A stretch of 64,000 bases of DNA. Source: a virus. How positions within the stretch are numbered: position 1 is the stretch's first letter; each line of letters starts with the position of its first letter. Shown piece after piece: positions 32,036 through 41,912 of this stretch. The stretch lies in the IMG/VR virus record IMGVR_UViG_3300046694_000291, positions 1 to 64,000 of that record, one strand, 5' to 3'. The notes under the pieces were generated by a model. The model was not told the origin of the DNA and ran no database searches. It saw nothing but the letters and a program-made list of their open reading frames with translations. The translations under genes were made by a program, and so were the position numbers.

Positions 32036-35000
32036 CCACAGTAGAGGCACCTCCGGAGCTGTACGACTTCCACCAGCGTGAGCTGGAGGAGAGCTGCATC
32101 TCGGCCGAGGTGCAGACGGCCCGGCGGTACGAGACCCTGTACGGCACCGACGAGGACAAGGCCCGGCTCAAGGAGCTGCGGGTCCCGAGATGGGCCTGGC
32201 GGGACGAGACGGCGTTCCCGGCCCTGCTGCTGCCCATGTACCGGGTGACCGGCGAGGAGATCGGGGTCCAGTTCAAGCCCGCACTCCCGCAGGAGGCCCC
32301 CGGCGGCAAGCTCCAGAAGTACGCCAGCCAGTCCGGCACCCCGAACCGGCTGGACGTGCCGCCGGGCGTGGCGGACCTGGTGCGGGACCCGAGCGTGCCG
32401 CTCTGGATCACCGAGGGGATCAAGAAGGCGGACTGCCTGGCCAGTCACGGCAAGGCAGCGCTGACACTGACCGGCGTGTTCAACTGGCGCAGCAAGATGG
32501 GCACGCTGGGGGACTGGGAGGACGTCCCGCTCCAGGGCCGTGACGTGGTGATCTGCTTCGATGCCGACACCCGGGACAAGCGCACTGTCATGCTCGCGAT
32601 GCAGCGCCTCGGCCGCTGGCTGGAGAGCAAGCAGGCCCGGCCGCTGTACCTGATCGTGCCCCCCGAGGTGGAGCGGGAGGGCGGAGCCCGGGTCGCGGTC
32701 AAGGGGGTGGACGACTTTCTGTACGCGGGCGGGACGATGGACGGCCTGCGGGACGCGGCCGTGCGGCAGCTCGCCACCGGTACGCAGGACGCCGCGTTCA
32801 CCGACGCGATGCTGACGGACACCGTGGTCAACGAGACGCTGGAGGGCCGCTTCAAGTGGGCCAAGGGCCTCGGGTGGATGCAGTGGACAGGCAAGCTGTG
32901 GGAGGAGGCGAGCGACGCCTCCGTGGTGGAGGCAGTACGGCAGTGGGGGCTGGAGCAGTTCCAGCTCGTGCTGGACGAGCAGCGGCGCGACGCCAACCGT
33001 GACCTCGGGGCACAGATCGAGGGCTGGCGGTCCACCCTGAGCAAGGCCAAGATCAGCAACCTGGTCAGCCTGGCGCGGGGACCGCTGGAGTGCGCGGCGG
33101 TGGACTTCGACGCGGACCCGGACAAGCTCAACTGCCCCAACGGGATCGTCGACCTGCGCACGGGGACACTGACCCCGGCCGACCCCGACGCCCTGATGAC
33201 GAAGATCACGGGAGCGGACTTCGTCAGGAACGCCCGGCACCCGGACTGGGACAAGGCACTGAAGGCCCTGCCGCCGGAGGTCGTGGACTGGTTCCAGATC
33301 CGCATCGGGCAGGCGATCACCGGTCACACGACGAGCGACGGCAAGGTGCTCGTGTGCCAGGGCGGCGGCGCGAACGGGAAGAGCACGGTGTACGACGGCA
33401 TCGCCATGAGCGTCGGCAAGTACGCCGTCCAGGTGAGTGACCGGGCGATGCTCGGCGGGGCGAGCGACAACCACCCGACCGAGATCATGGACCTGATGGG
33501 CGCGCGGTACGCGGTTCTGGAGGAGACGCCCGAGGCGCGCAGGCTCGACACCAACCGGCTCAAGAAGCTCGCCGACACCCGGGAGATCACCGGCAGGCGT
33601 ATCCGGCAGGACCCGGTGACGTTCGAGGCCACGCACAGCCTGTTCATCAACTCCAACTACCGGCCGGTGGTCGACGAGACCGACCACGGCACCTGGAGGC
33701 GGCTGGCGCTGGTGGTGTGGCCGTACACCTTCCGGGAGCACCGGGGGCAGCTCAGGGGCCCGAACGACCGGCTCGGCGACCCGACCCTGCGGGAACGTAT
33801 CAAGCTCGACCCGCAGGCCCTTGAGGCGGCGCTCGCGTGGGCGGCCGAGGGGGCCAGGCGCTGGTACGAGCTGGAGAAGATCATGCCCCACCTGCCGGAG
33901 CGGGTGGAGGCCGACACCCTGGCGTGGCGCAAGGAGTCGGACCTGATCCTGGCGTTCATCGACGACCATCTCCAGTTCGACCTGGAGGCGTGCGTACAGG
34001 GCACGGAACTACGGACCGTGTTCAACACCTGGGTCAAGGAGAAGGGCGGCCGGGAGTGGGGCGACAAGACGTTCAACACCCGGTTCGGCGGTCATGACCT
34101 GTGCGCCCAGAACAACGTCGAATACAAGGTCATGAAGAACCCCCGGGACCTCAGCTCGCTCGGGGGCCGGGGGCCGCACCAGGGGATGGTCCGAGCGTGG
34201 CTCGGAGTGGCCTGGAGGGCTGAAGAGCCCGGATCAGGCGAAAGTAATGGGCAGGTAAAAGACCCGTTCAGCGGCCCTAACCATGATCGGGTTACGGGAG
34301 TTACACCTCCAGGTATAACGGAAAAGTTTCCTACGCGGGGAGCCGTTAACTCTCAAGGTGTAACTCCCGTAACCGGTAACAGTTGTACACCGAAAAACGA
34401 GGACCCGATGACCAAGGAAACCGACTACGGGACCGACCCGTTCGCGCCCGTCCAGGCGGCCCCGGAGGCCCCCTCTCCCGCCGTCTCCCGGCCTGCGCTC
34501 CCCGTCCTGGCCGGACCGGTCGGCTGGGACATCGAGGCCCCCTCGTCCAAGAAACTGTTCACGTTCCGTAGTCAGCCAGGTGCGCCGTACGCCCGGCTGA
34601 ACGGACTCGTGGACGAGAACGGACAGGAGGTGATCACCAACGACCCGGCCGAGCTGATCGAACTGCTGGAGCGGGCCCCGATGATCTACGGCCACAACAT
34701 CTTCCGGTTCGACCTGATGGCACTGGCGTGGCACCACGGGGCCGACTACGACCGGCTGGCGAAGAAGGCCTGGGACTCCTACGTGGACGAGGCGACCTGC
34801 GACCCCTCGGGCGGGCAGTACCTCGCCCCCTGGAACCAGAAGGGCTACTACGGGCTGAACGACGCCCTGGTGCGCCGGGGCGAGCCCGGCAAGACCGACC
34901 ACCTGCCCGAGCTGGCGAGGGAGTACGGTGACCCGTCCCTGGCGGGCAAGGCACGGGAGGAGGACGGGTACGAGAAGATCCCGCCGGACAACGAGCGTTA

Positions 35001-36399
35001 CCGGTCGTACCTGTCCGGTGACCTTGGGGCCACCGGCCGCCTGTACCGCAAGCAGCAGGCCGAGCACCCCGAGCGTATGGACTACCGGCGCCGGGAGATG
35101 AAGGTCGCCTGGATCCAGAACCGGATGACGCTGTCCGGCTGGAAGATCGACGTACCCCTGCTGCGGGCCCGGGTGGCCGAGGAGGCGGAGAAGAAGCAGG
35201 CCAGCCTCCAGTGGCTGGCCGAGAACGCGGGCGTCCCCCTGACCGAGACCAAGAGCCGTGGACGCGGCTCCAGGAAGGAGTTCTACGAGGAGGCGCGCAA
35301 GAGCCCCCTCGGCTCGAACGCCGGACGTGAGGCGCTGGAGCGGGCGTTCAGGGACCGGGGCCTGCCGTACGTGCTCACCACGGAGAGCGGCGTGCTCGCG
35401 CTCAACAAGGACGCCATGGGCGTGGGGAGCTACATGGTCGGCAAGGGCGCCAGTGGCCAGGTTCTGCCCGGCCTGCTGAACCCGCTGCGGAAGGAGCGCA
35501 CCCCGGACGCCGACTGGAACGCGATCGACGAGATGGCCGGTCATATCCGGACCGTCACCACCGCCGTGGCCAAGTACCAGGAGATCATGGACCACCTGAC
35601 CGGCGACCGGGTGCACGGCCACGTCGGCGAGACCCAGGGCTCGGGCCGGTGGGCGATGGTGAAGCCGAGCGTGACCAACCTCGGCAAGCGCGGCGGCAAG
35701 GTGATCCAGCGGGCGCCGTTCATCGCCGACGACGGCTGCGTGCTGATCGCCTTCGACCTCGACCAGGTGGACATGCGGGCGTTCGCCGGACACTGCGGCG
35801 ACCCCGAGTACGCGGGCATGTTCATCCGGGGCGAGGACCCGCACTCCATGATCGCCACGATGGTGTTCGGACGGGCCGACGGCGAATGGCGCGACCGGGC
35901 CAAGGCCTCCGGTCACGGCTGGAACTACGGCCTGAGCGTGAACGGGCTCGTGAACCAGGGCATCGAGCGGTCGCTGGCGGAGCGGTTCGACGCCGGTATG
36001 AACGAGAGCTACCCGGCCCTGTGCTCCTGGCGCAGCGAGGTGCGCAGCCGGGGCGAGTCCGGGGAGCTGCTGGACAACGGCTTCGGGCGCCTGATGCGGG
36101 TGGACCCCCGCCGGGCCTACACCCAGGCACCGGCCCTGATGGGCCAGGGAACGGCGAGGGACATCCTGGTCGAGGGGCTGCTGCGGCTGCCGGACGAGTA
36201 CGTGCCGTGGATGCGCGGCGTGGTGCATGACGAAGTGATCTTCAACGTTCCGGAGGACCGGGTGGAGGAGTGCATCACCACCGTGACCGCCGCCCTGACG
36301 TTCGACCTGGCCGAGGTGAGCACGCTGCACCCGGTGCCGATCACGACCGGGGCCAGCAAGGCCGCACACAGTTGGGACGGTTGCTATGTCAAGGACTGA
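32032..36399 (+). CDS. fused Toprim-type primase / D5 SF3 helicase / family A DNA polymerase
   Basis: ITEGIKKAD, ICFDAD, KGVDD; GGGANGKST; exonuclease WDIE, GHN..FD; Pol motifs DLDQVDMR, R..AK...G.NYG, VHDE. Confidence 0.9.
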   Translation: MTTVEAPPELYDFHQRELEESCISAEVQTARRYETLYGTDEDKARLKELRVPRWAWRDETAFPALLLPMYRVTGEEIGVQFKPALPQEAPGGKLQKYASQSGTPNRLDVPPGVADLVRDPSVPLWITEGIKKADCLASHGKAALTLTGVFNWRSKMGTLGDWEDVPLQGRDVVICFDADTRDKRTVMLAMQRLGRWLESKQARPLYLIVPPEVEREGGARVAVKGVDDFLYAGGTMDGLRDAAVRQLATGTQDAAFTDAMLTDTVVNETLEGRFKWAKGLGWMQWTGKLWEEASDASVVEAVRQWGLEQFQLVLDEQRRDANRDLGAQIEGWRSTLSKAKISNLVSLARGPLECAAVDFDADPDKLNCPNGIVDLRTGTLTPADPDALMTKITGADFVRNARHPDWDKALKALPPEVVDWFQIRIGQAITGHTTSDGKVLVCQGGGANGKSTVYDGIAMSVGKYAVQVSDRAMLGGASDNHPTEIMDLMGARYAVLEETPEARRLDTNRLKKLADTREITGRRIRQDPVTFEATHSLFINSNYRPVVDETDHGTWRRLALVVWPYTFREHRGQLRGPNDRLGDPTLRERIKLDPQALEAALAWAAEGARRWYELEKIMPHLPERVEADTLAWRKESDLILAFIDDHLQFDLEACVQGTELRTVFNTWVKEKGGREWGDKTFNTRFGGHDLCAQNNVEYKVMKNPRDLSSLGGRGPHQGMVRAWLGVAWRAEEPGSGESNGQVKDPFSGPNHDRVTGVTPPGITEKFPTRGAVNSQGVTPVTGNSCTPKNEDPMTKETDYGTDPFAPVQAAPEAPSPAVSRPALPVLAGPVGWDIEAPSSKKLFTFRSQPGAPYARLNGLVDENGQEVITNDPAELIELLERAPMIYGHNIFRFDLMALAWHHGADYDRLAKKAWDSYVDEATCDPSGGQYLAPWNQKGYYGLNDALVRRGEPGKTDHLPELAREYGDPSLAGKAREEDGYEKIPPDNERYRSYLSGDLGATGRLYRKQQAEHPERMDYRRREMKVAWIQNRMTLSGWKIDVPLLRARVAEEAEKKQASLQWLAENAGVPLTETKSRGRGSRKEFYEEARKSPLGSNAGREALERAFRDRGLPYVLTTESGVLALNKDAMGVGSYMVGKGASGQVLPGLLNPLRKERTPDADWNAIDEMAGHIRTVTTAVAKYQEIMDHLTGDRVHGHVGETQGSGRWAMVKPSVTNLGKRGGKVIQRAPFIADDGCVLIAFDLDQVDMRAFAGHCGDPEYAGMFIRGEDPHSMIATMVFGRADGEWRDRAKASGHGWNYGLSVNGLVNQGIERSLAERFDAGMNESYPALCSWRSEVRSRGESGELLDNGFGRLMRVDPRRAYTQAPALMGQGTARDILVEGLLRLPDEYVPWMRGVVHDEVIFNVPEDRVEECITTVTAALTFDLAEVSTLHPVPITTGASKAAHSWDGCYVKD
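34290..34374. repeat. perfect 19-bp inverted repeat in AT-rich interdomain linker (candidate origin)
   Basis: GGTTACGGGAGTTACACCT (34290-34308) and AGGTGTAACTCCCGTAACC (34356-34374). Confidence 0.7.
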
Positions 36400-36604
36400 G
36401 CGCTGGTGGGGTCAGAGGACCCTCGCCGAGGTCACCACGCTGCTGTGCCCGCTGTGCCGGGCGCCGCTGTACCTGGTCGTCTGGAGGGACGAGACCATGC
36501 TGCCCGGCCACCTGACCGAGTCCCTGGTCACCTGCTCGGGCAGTGGCAAGACCCTGGAAGCCGCCCGGGAGCTGGCCGCGCTCCGGCTCCGGGCTCACCC
36601 CTGA
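36386..36604 (+). CDS. small CxxC-H-C protein, paralog 1
   Basis: CPLC...LPGH...CSGSG, ends RAHP. Confidence 0.65.
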   Translation: MSRTERWWGQRTLAEVTTLLCPLCRAPLYLVVWRDETMLPGHLTESLVTCSGSGKTLEAARELAALRLRAHP

Positions 36605-36632
36605 ATCACCGACCAAGGAAAGGAAACTGACC

Positions 36633-36878
36633 ATGCATCGTGCCAAGTGCCCTTTGTGCAAAGGGTATGTGATAACGGTCTACGACAAGGACCACTTCGG
36701 GATCAAGGGCGTGATCCTGGCCGGGCACACCCCGAGCCGCTTCACCGACCGCCGGTACCAGGTCACGCACGCCGGGCAGTACCAGGGACTGTGCCTCGGC
36801 TCGGCCCTGACCCCGGACTTCGCTCAGGCCGTGGCGGACATGCGGGCCGAGGGGCGGCACCTGGCGGCGCACCCGTGA
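36633..36878 (+). CDS. small CxxC-H-C protein, paralog 2
   Basis: CPLC...LAGH...CLGS, ends AAHP. Confidence 0.65.
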   Translation: MHRAKCPLCKGYVITVYDKDHFGIKGVILAGHTPSRFTDRRYQVTHAGQYQGLCLGSALTPDFAQAVADMRAEGRHLAAHP

Positions 36879-37096
36879 CCGGGATCCGGGGCGACGTGGT
36901 GTCGCGCATCTGCCCCGAGTGCGGGATGGAGATGTGGGTGTGGTCCGGGGAGGCGACCTCCCTCCATCGCATCCCCCTGCACGGGCCGACCCAGTCGCCC
37001 TGCTGGATCTCGGGAGTGACCTGGGAGGAGGCCCGGGAGATGATCCGGATGCGCACCGAGAACGGGGGCGCGCTGCTCCGGGCGGCGCATCCGTGA
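36875..37096 (+). CDS. small CxxC-H-C protein, paralog 3
   Basis: CPEC...LH...CWISG, ends AAHP. Confidence 0.6.
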   Translation: MTGIRGDVVSRICPECGMEMWVWSGEATSLHRIPLHGPTQSPCWISGVTWEEAREMIRMRTENGGALLRAAHP

Positions 37097-37109
37097 CCGT
37101 ATGGTCATA

Positions 37110-37293
37110 CGGCACCGGCCGGGGTAACGCTCCGGACACCCACGCTGACCAGCCACACTGCGAACTCGGGCCGGGTGGTACGAGGCCACCACCGGGTCCG
37201 GGTTCGCTCCTCAGAAGGGAACCTCCGGACTCCGCTACGCTACGGACCGGTAGGTTTAGGTAAATCGTACGGACGGTAACCGAGTAGGTATAC
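37110..37293. repeat. dispersed element, copy 3 (inverted)
   Basis: Reverse complement of the shared blocks: CTGCGAACTC, GTTCGCTCCTCAGAAGGGAAC, CTACGGACCGGTAG, GTAGGTATAC. Confidence 0.88.
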
Positions 37294-37324
37294 GGCCCCG
37301 AACATGGACCAAGGAAGGACGATC

Positions 37325-37582
37325 ATGGCCGGACTCATCCGCAAGATCCTGCGCGCGGCCGTGGCGCAGCCGTGGGAGTACGTCGGCGACGGTGCGCCGG
37401 ACGACTGGGAGTTCCGTATCAGCCCGGACGAGGAGACCCTGGCGGTCTACAACCCGAGCCGTGGCAAGTGGTACCTGTTCCACGACGTGATCATGCTGGC
37501 CGAGGTGACGAGCCTGGACGAGATGGACCGCAACACCACCCACTGGCGCCAGTTCCTGAGCGTGGAGGACCCGGATGACTGA
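37325..37582 (+). CDS. hypothetical protein
   Basis: Upstream GACCAAGGAAGGA. Confidence 0.65.
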   Translation: MAGLIRKILRAAVAQPWEYVGDGAPDDWEFRISPDEETLAVYNPSRGKWYLFHDVIMLAEVTSLDEMDRNTTHWRQFLSVEDPDD

Positions 37583-37979
37583 CCCGTTCTGTCCCGAGGC
37601 CGGACCTTCCGGGGCGCTGTGCGGCGTGCTGGCCCGCATTACCCACTCCGAGCACTTCGCCCGGGACGGCTCGACCTGGACCACCGGCCGCGTCCATTCC
37701 GCTCCTGTGGTCCAGCCCGCTGACTGGCTCTGGGACAAGCTGGGCATCGACCCCGACCGCATCAGCCGGACGGAGTTCGGTGTCCTTCTGCGGGGGTATC
37801 TCCGGCGCATGAACCAGCAGGCCTCGGCTCCTCCCCAGGTGCTGATCCCCACCATCCAGGGAAAAGTCGGACGTGTCCCGATGATGCTGCGCCCGTGCAT
37901 CTGCTGCCGCTGCACCGGCACCACCATGTGCTGGCACGCCGACGAGGGCGGCTGCCACTGGGGCGGACCCGGACGGTGA
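37575..37979 (+). CDS. hypothetical Cys-rich protein
   Basis: Coupled ORF, CICCRC...CWH...CH. Confidence 0.55.
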   Translation: MTDPFCPEAGPSGALCGVLARITHSEHFARDGSTWTTGRVHSAPVVQPADWLWDKLGIDPDRISRTEFGVLLRGYLRRMNQQASAPPQVLIPTIQGKVGRVPMMLRPCICCRCTGTTMCWHADEGGCHWGGPGR

Positions 37980-38028
37980 CCGGTGCAGCGTGTCATCATC
38001 TGTCCCGAGGCCGGACGAGAGGAACAGC

Positions 38029-38787
38029 ATGACCACGGAGTACATCGAGACCAGGATGATCCCGCTCAGTGAGCTGACCCTGTTCCCGGGCAACGCCCGG
38101 CGGGGCAACCGGAAGAAGCTCCTGGAGTCCCTGGAGGCCAACGGCCAGTACCGCTCCCTGATCGTGCGGGACACGGGTGGTGAGCTGATCGTGCTCGCGG
38201 GCAACAACACCATGCAGGCCCTGGAGGAGCGCGGCGACGACCGGGCCCGCTGCGAGGTGGTCGAGTGCGATGATCAGACCGCGCTCCGGGTCAACCTGGT
38301 CGACAACAAGGCCAACGACGAGGCCACCTACGACGACCGGGCGCGCGCCGAGCTGCTCGGCATGCTGGACGGGCTGGAGGGCACCGGCTACGACGAGGAA
38401 GAGGTCGACACGCTGGTCGCCCGGTTCGAGGAGGAGGAGTTCACCGAGGTCGCCGAGCCGGAGGTCGCCGAGTTCAACGACGACGCCGAGGAGCGCCAGG
38501 CCCGGGTCCGCTCCCACGGCGGGGACGACAGCAAGACCATGGAGTCCCGGGGTATCCGGGACATCTTCATCCCCCTGCCGGTGGCACAGGCCGACGAGCT
38601 GGGACGTCTGATCATGAAGCTGCGTGAGACCTGGGGCGCGGCACCACAGGGCGAAGTGCTGCTCAAGGCGGCACGGGTGGCGCTCGGGGTAGCGGTCCAC
38701 GCCGGGGACAACCGGGCCGAGGCACCTCGGCCGGACGAGCTGATGAGCGCGGCCGAGGTCGTGTTCGACCCCCAGGACCCCGAGTGA
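38029..38787 (+). CDS. ParB/Srx N-terminal domain protein
   Basis: IPLSEL..FPGNARRG, SL..NGQYRSLIV, VLAGN, LVDNK. Confidence 0.82.
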   Translation: MTTEYIETRMIPLSELTLFPGNARRGNRKKLLESLEANGQYRSLIVRDTGGELIVLAGNNTMQALEERGDDRARCEVVECDDQTALRVNLVDNKANDEATYDDRARAELLGMLDGLEGTGYDEEEVDTLVARFEEEEFTEVAEPEVAEFNDDAEERQARVRSHGGDDSKTMESRGIRDIFIPLPVAQADELGRLIMKLRETWGAAPQGEVLLKAARVALGVAVHAGDNRAEAPRPDELMSAAEVVFDPQDPE

Positions 38788-39878
38788 TCGAGCTGACCGA
38801 GGGCATGGACTTCCGGCGCATCGAGCTGCGTCAGGAGGTCTTCCTGCGCTTCTACGAGTGGAGCGTGAAGTACAACAGCTTCCCCGGCGGGGTGCACTAC
38901 GTGCTCCCGTACGTGGCCGAGGCCCTGGAGCTGGACACAGAGAGCCGTTACTGGCTGGCCTGGCTCAACGCCAACACCCAGAACCCTGTCACCTCCCTCC
39001 TGCTCCTCCAGGCCGCCCCCCGGCCCCGGGACTGGAAGGCGGCCGTCGACTTCTGGCGCGCCAACTACCGCTCGCTCGACTGGGACACCGACCGCCGGTA
39101 CCACAAGGCCCGCTTCGAGGACGCGCTCACCGGCTATGCCTCGGCCACGGACTGCTCCTGCTCCATGCCGCAGCACCGGTACTTCCGCTCGGCCGGGGGC
39201 GACTGGACCGGCTGGTGGGAGCGGGCGTTCGCTCTGCCGACCATGGGCCGTCTGAGCACGTGGTCGTACCTGGAGTACCTGCGCATCCTGCTCGGCCCGG
39301 CTGTCGTGCCCGACGCCGACACGCTGATGGTCGAGGACATCCAGGGCAGCCGGTCGCACCGCAACGGGCTCGCACTCGTGCTCGGGCACGACCACCTGAT
39401 CGTGGACAAGCAGCTCGGTCGGCCCGGCATCACGGACGCGGTCTACGACCGGGACGTGCTGGAGTACCTGGGCGAGGAGGCGCACAGTCTGTTCTCCGTG
39501 GCGCAGCAGCGCATCGGGGCCGGGGCCGACCTGCTCTCCCTGGAGTCCGCTCTCTGCACGTACAAGAGCTGGCACAAGCCCAACCGCCGCTACCCCGGCG
39601 TCTACAACGACATGCTGTACAACCGGCTGGTGGGGGCGGAGAACAGGTTCGGCTACCGGTTCGGTCTCATCTGGGAGGCACGGGCCGCGTCCCTGCCGGA
39701 GCGCCTGCTGCTGGAGAAGCAGACGTACGACCCGGGCCTGAGCCCGGTCAAGCAGAACTGGTACCTCCAGACGGGCCAGGTCATCAACATGACGGAGGAC
39801 TGGTCATGCTTCCGGAACGACTTCGAGCAGAAGGTGGCGCTCCACGAGTTCGGAAACCGGGGCCGTCCGTGGATCTGA
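38784..39878 (+). CDS. amino acid:DNA transferase (aGPT-Pplase family)
   Basis: GRLSTWSYLEYL, GSRSHRNGL, LESALCTYK resemble thymine-hypermodification transferases. Confidence 0.75.
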   Translation: MIELTEGMDFRRIELRQEVFLRFYEWSVKYNSFPGGVHYVLPYVAEALELDTESRYWLAWLNANTQNPVTSLLLLQAAPRPRDWKAAVDFWRANYRSLDWDTDRRYHKARFEDALTGYASATDCSCSMPQHRYFRSAGGDWTGWWERAFALPTMGRLSTWSYLEYLRILLGPAVVPDADTLMVEDIQGSRSHRNGLALVLGHDHLIVDKQLGRPGITDAVYDRDVLEYLGEEAHSLFSVAQQRIGAGADLLSLESALCTYKSWHKPNRRYPGVYNDMLYNRLVGAENRFGYRFGLIWEARAASLPERLLLEKQTYDPGLSPVKQNWYLQTGQVINMTEDWSCFRNDFEQKVALHEFGNRGRPWI

Positions 39879-40735
39879 GGCACTGGATGAGCCCGGTGCA
39901 GGAGCGCGACGGCCGCTGGTACAAGCGCGAGGACCTCTGCGCCCTCCCCGCCGGAGTCAACGGCGCCAAGCTCCGCGCCTGCGACCACCTGATCCGGCAG
40001 GGCGCCGCAGCGGGCAAGACCCGCGTCATCTCCGCCGCCTCGGTCCTGAGCCCGCAGAACGCCATGGCCTCGGTGCTCGCGCGCCGGTACGGCATGCGCT
40101 GCACGGTCGTGCTCGGAGGGGTCGGCCCCGGCTCCTGGCGCAAGCACACCGCCGTCCAGGTCGCCATCGACCACGGCGCCACCTTCGACTTCATCCGGGT
40201 GGGGTACAACCCGGCGCTCCAGCGGCGCGCCCGGGACCTGCATGAGCTGGACCCGCAGGCCTACTGGCTCCAGTACGGCATCACCACCCCCGAGGACGCC
40301 TCGGCCCGGGAGCTGCGCGCCTTCCACCAGATCGCCGCAGACCAGGTCGCCAACCTGCCCGAGCAGATCAAGACGTTGGTCATCCCGTTCGGCTCGGGCA
40401 ACACGGCCGCCGGGGTGCTCATGGGCCTGAACCAGCACCGTCCCCCGGCCCTGGAACGTGTCGTGCTCGTCGGCATCGGGCCCGACCGGCGCCGCTGGCT
40501 GCGCGACCGCTTCGACTTCATGGGCGTGAGCCTGCCGGTGTTCCGTCACCTCGATCTGCACGGCACCGGCTACGCCCAGTACTCGGACAAGATGCCTGGC
40601 CAGGCCGATGGCATCGTGCTCCACCCGACCTACGAGGGCAAGGTCGTCCGCTACCTGGACGAGAAGGCACCCGACTGGTGGGTGCGCAGGGACGGCACCA
40701 CTTGTCTCTGGATCGTAGGAGGGCCGCTCAAGTGA
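39869..40735 (+). CDS. fold-type II PLP-dependent enzyme
   Basis: YKREDL...NGAKLR (PLP lysine), PFGSGNT, LHPTYEGK. Confidence 0.82.
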   Translation: MDLRHWMSPVQERDGRWYKREDLCALPAGVNGAKLRACDHLIRQGAAAGKTRVISAASVLSPQNAMASVLARRYGMRCTVVLGGVGPGSWRKHTAVQVAIDHGATFDFIRVGYNPALQRRARDLHELDPQAYWLQYGITTPEDASARELRAFHQIAADQVANLPEQIKTLVIPFGSGNTAAGVLMGLNQHRPPALERVVLVGIGPDRRRWLRDRFDFMGVSLPVFRHLDLHGTGYAQYSDKMPGQADGIVLHPTYEGKVVRYLDEKAPDWWVRRDGTTCLWIVGGPLK

Positions 40736-40817
40736 TCGAGTGCCGTTGCCCCCGCTGGCCGACCCCGGCCGAGGGCCACCGCCATAACTGCCCGATGAAG
40801 ATCCTGGAGAGTCAGTG

Positions 40818-40961
40818 ATGACCAAGCAGAAGACCCTCGTACCGATGTCGCCGGAGCGCCGGGCAGCCGTCTACGCCCGGACCAACGGCACCGACCAGCG
40901 CCTGACCCCGGCGCAGGACCGCCGCATCCGCAAGGCAGCCCGGAAGGCGCAGCGCTCATGA
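40818..40961 (+). CDS. small basic protein
   Basis: MTKQKT...LTPAQDRRIRK; not in ORF track. Confidence 0.45.
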   Translation: MTKQKTLVPMSPERRAAVYARTNGTDQRLTPAQDRRIRKAARKAQRS

Positions 40962-41119
40962 CGAAAGCAGGCACCCACGGAACCAAGGTCAAGCGCCTCG
41001 CACGCGAACTCCAGAAGCGCGAAGAGATCCCGTACACCGAGGCGTTGCGGCGCGTACTGGCCGCAGGCCCGAAGGAGAGTCCAGTGGTGAACCTCAGTCC
41101 GACCAAGGCGCAGCGATGA
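40958..41119 (+). CDS. small basic protein
   Basis: KRLARELQKREEIPYTEALRR; ATGA overlaps on both sides. Confidence 0.5.
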   Translation: MTKAGTHGTKVKRLARELQKREEIPYTEALRRVLAAGPKESPVVNLSPTKAQR

Positions 41120-41658
41120 CCTACCTTCCGCAGCCCGGGGACATCGGGCTCACCGTCATCACTGGCTGGGGGCGGTTCATCCGCCTCGGCCAGTGGCTCA
41201 ACGGGGACGGCTTCGCCGACTATGAACACGCCTTCGTCGTGTCCGAGTCCAGCAGCAAGTTCCAGGACAAGATGATCGTGGAGGCGATGCCCGGCGGGGC
41301 GCAGCACGTGCGTAACTGGCACGACCCGGAGCACACGGTCTACCTGCGCTGCCCCGACCGGTACCGGGAGGCGGTCGCTGCCTCGGCCCGGGGGTTCGTG
41401 GGCGTGCCGTACTCCGTGGCCGACTACTTCGCGCTCGCCGCGCACCGGCTGCACATCCCCGCGCCCCACCTCAAGAAGTTCGTCCGCAGCTCCGGCCACA
41501 TGATCTGCTCCCAGCTCGCCGACACTGCGGCGGCCGAGGGCGGCTGGCACCTGTTCGAGGACGGCCGCTGGCCCGGGGACGTCACGCCCGGCGACCTCTA
41601 CCGGCTGTACCAGGCGCAGCGCGCTCAGCGCATGAGGACCGGGGACGTGTCACGGTGA
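41116..41658 (+). CDS. permuted papain-like NlpC/P60 hydrolase
   Basis: QPGDI, EHAF, VEA, GVPY, ICSQL. Confidence 0.78.
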   Translation: MTYLPQPGDIGLTVITGWGRFIRLGQWLNGDGFADYEHAFVVSESSSKFQDKMIVEAMPGGAQHVRNWHDPEHTVYLRCPDRYREAVAASARGFVGVPYSVADYFALAAHRLHIPAPHLKKFVRSSGHMICSQLADTAAAEGGWHLFEDGRWPGDVTPGDLYRLYQAQRAQRMRTGDVSR

Positions 41659-41912
41659 CTGAGGATTGGAAGCGCTACGTCGTCACGGCAGGGGATCTGC
41701 GTGCGCAACTCTCCGCTGTACCCGATGACACCCCCGTCATCCTGAGCAAGGACGCGGAGGGCAACAGCTACTCGCCGCTCAGCTCGGTGGACGCGATCCA
41801 TGTCTACGAGCCTGAGAGCACCTGGTCCGGTGAAGTGCGCGACACCACGGACCCGGACTATGAGGCGGACCCCGGGGACACCCGGGTCGTACTGCTGGGA
41901 CCGGTGAACTGA
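41655..41912 (+). CDS. hypothetical phage protein
   Basis: VILSKDAEGNSYSPL. Confidence 0.6.
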   Translation: MTEDWKRYVVTAGDLRAQLSAVPDDTPVILSKDAEGNSYSPLSSVDAIHVYEPESTWSGEVRDTTDPDYEADPGDTRVVLLGPVN

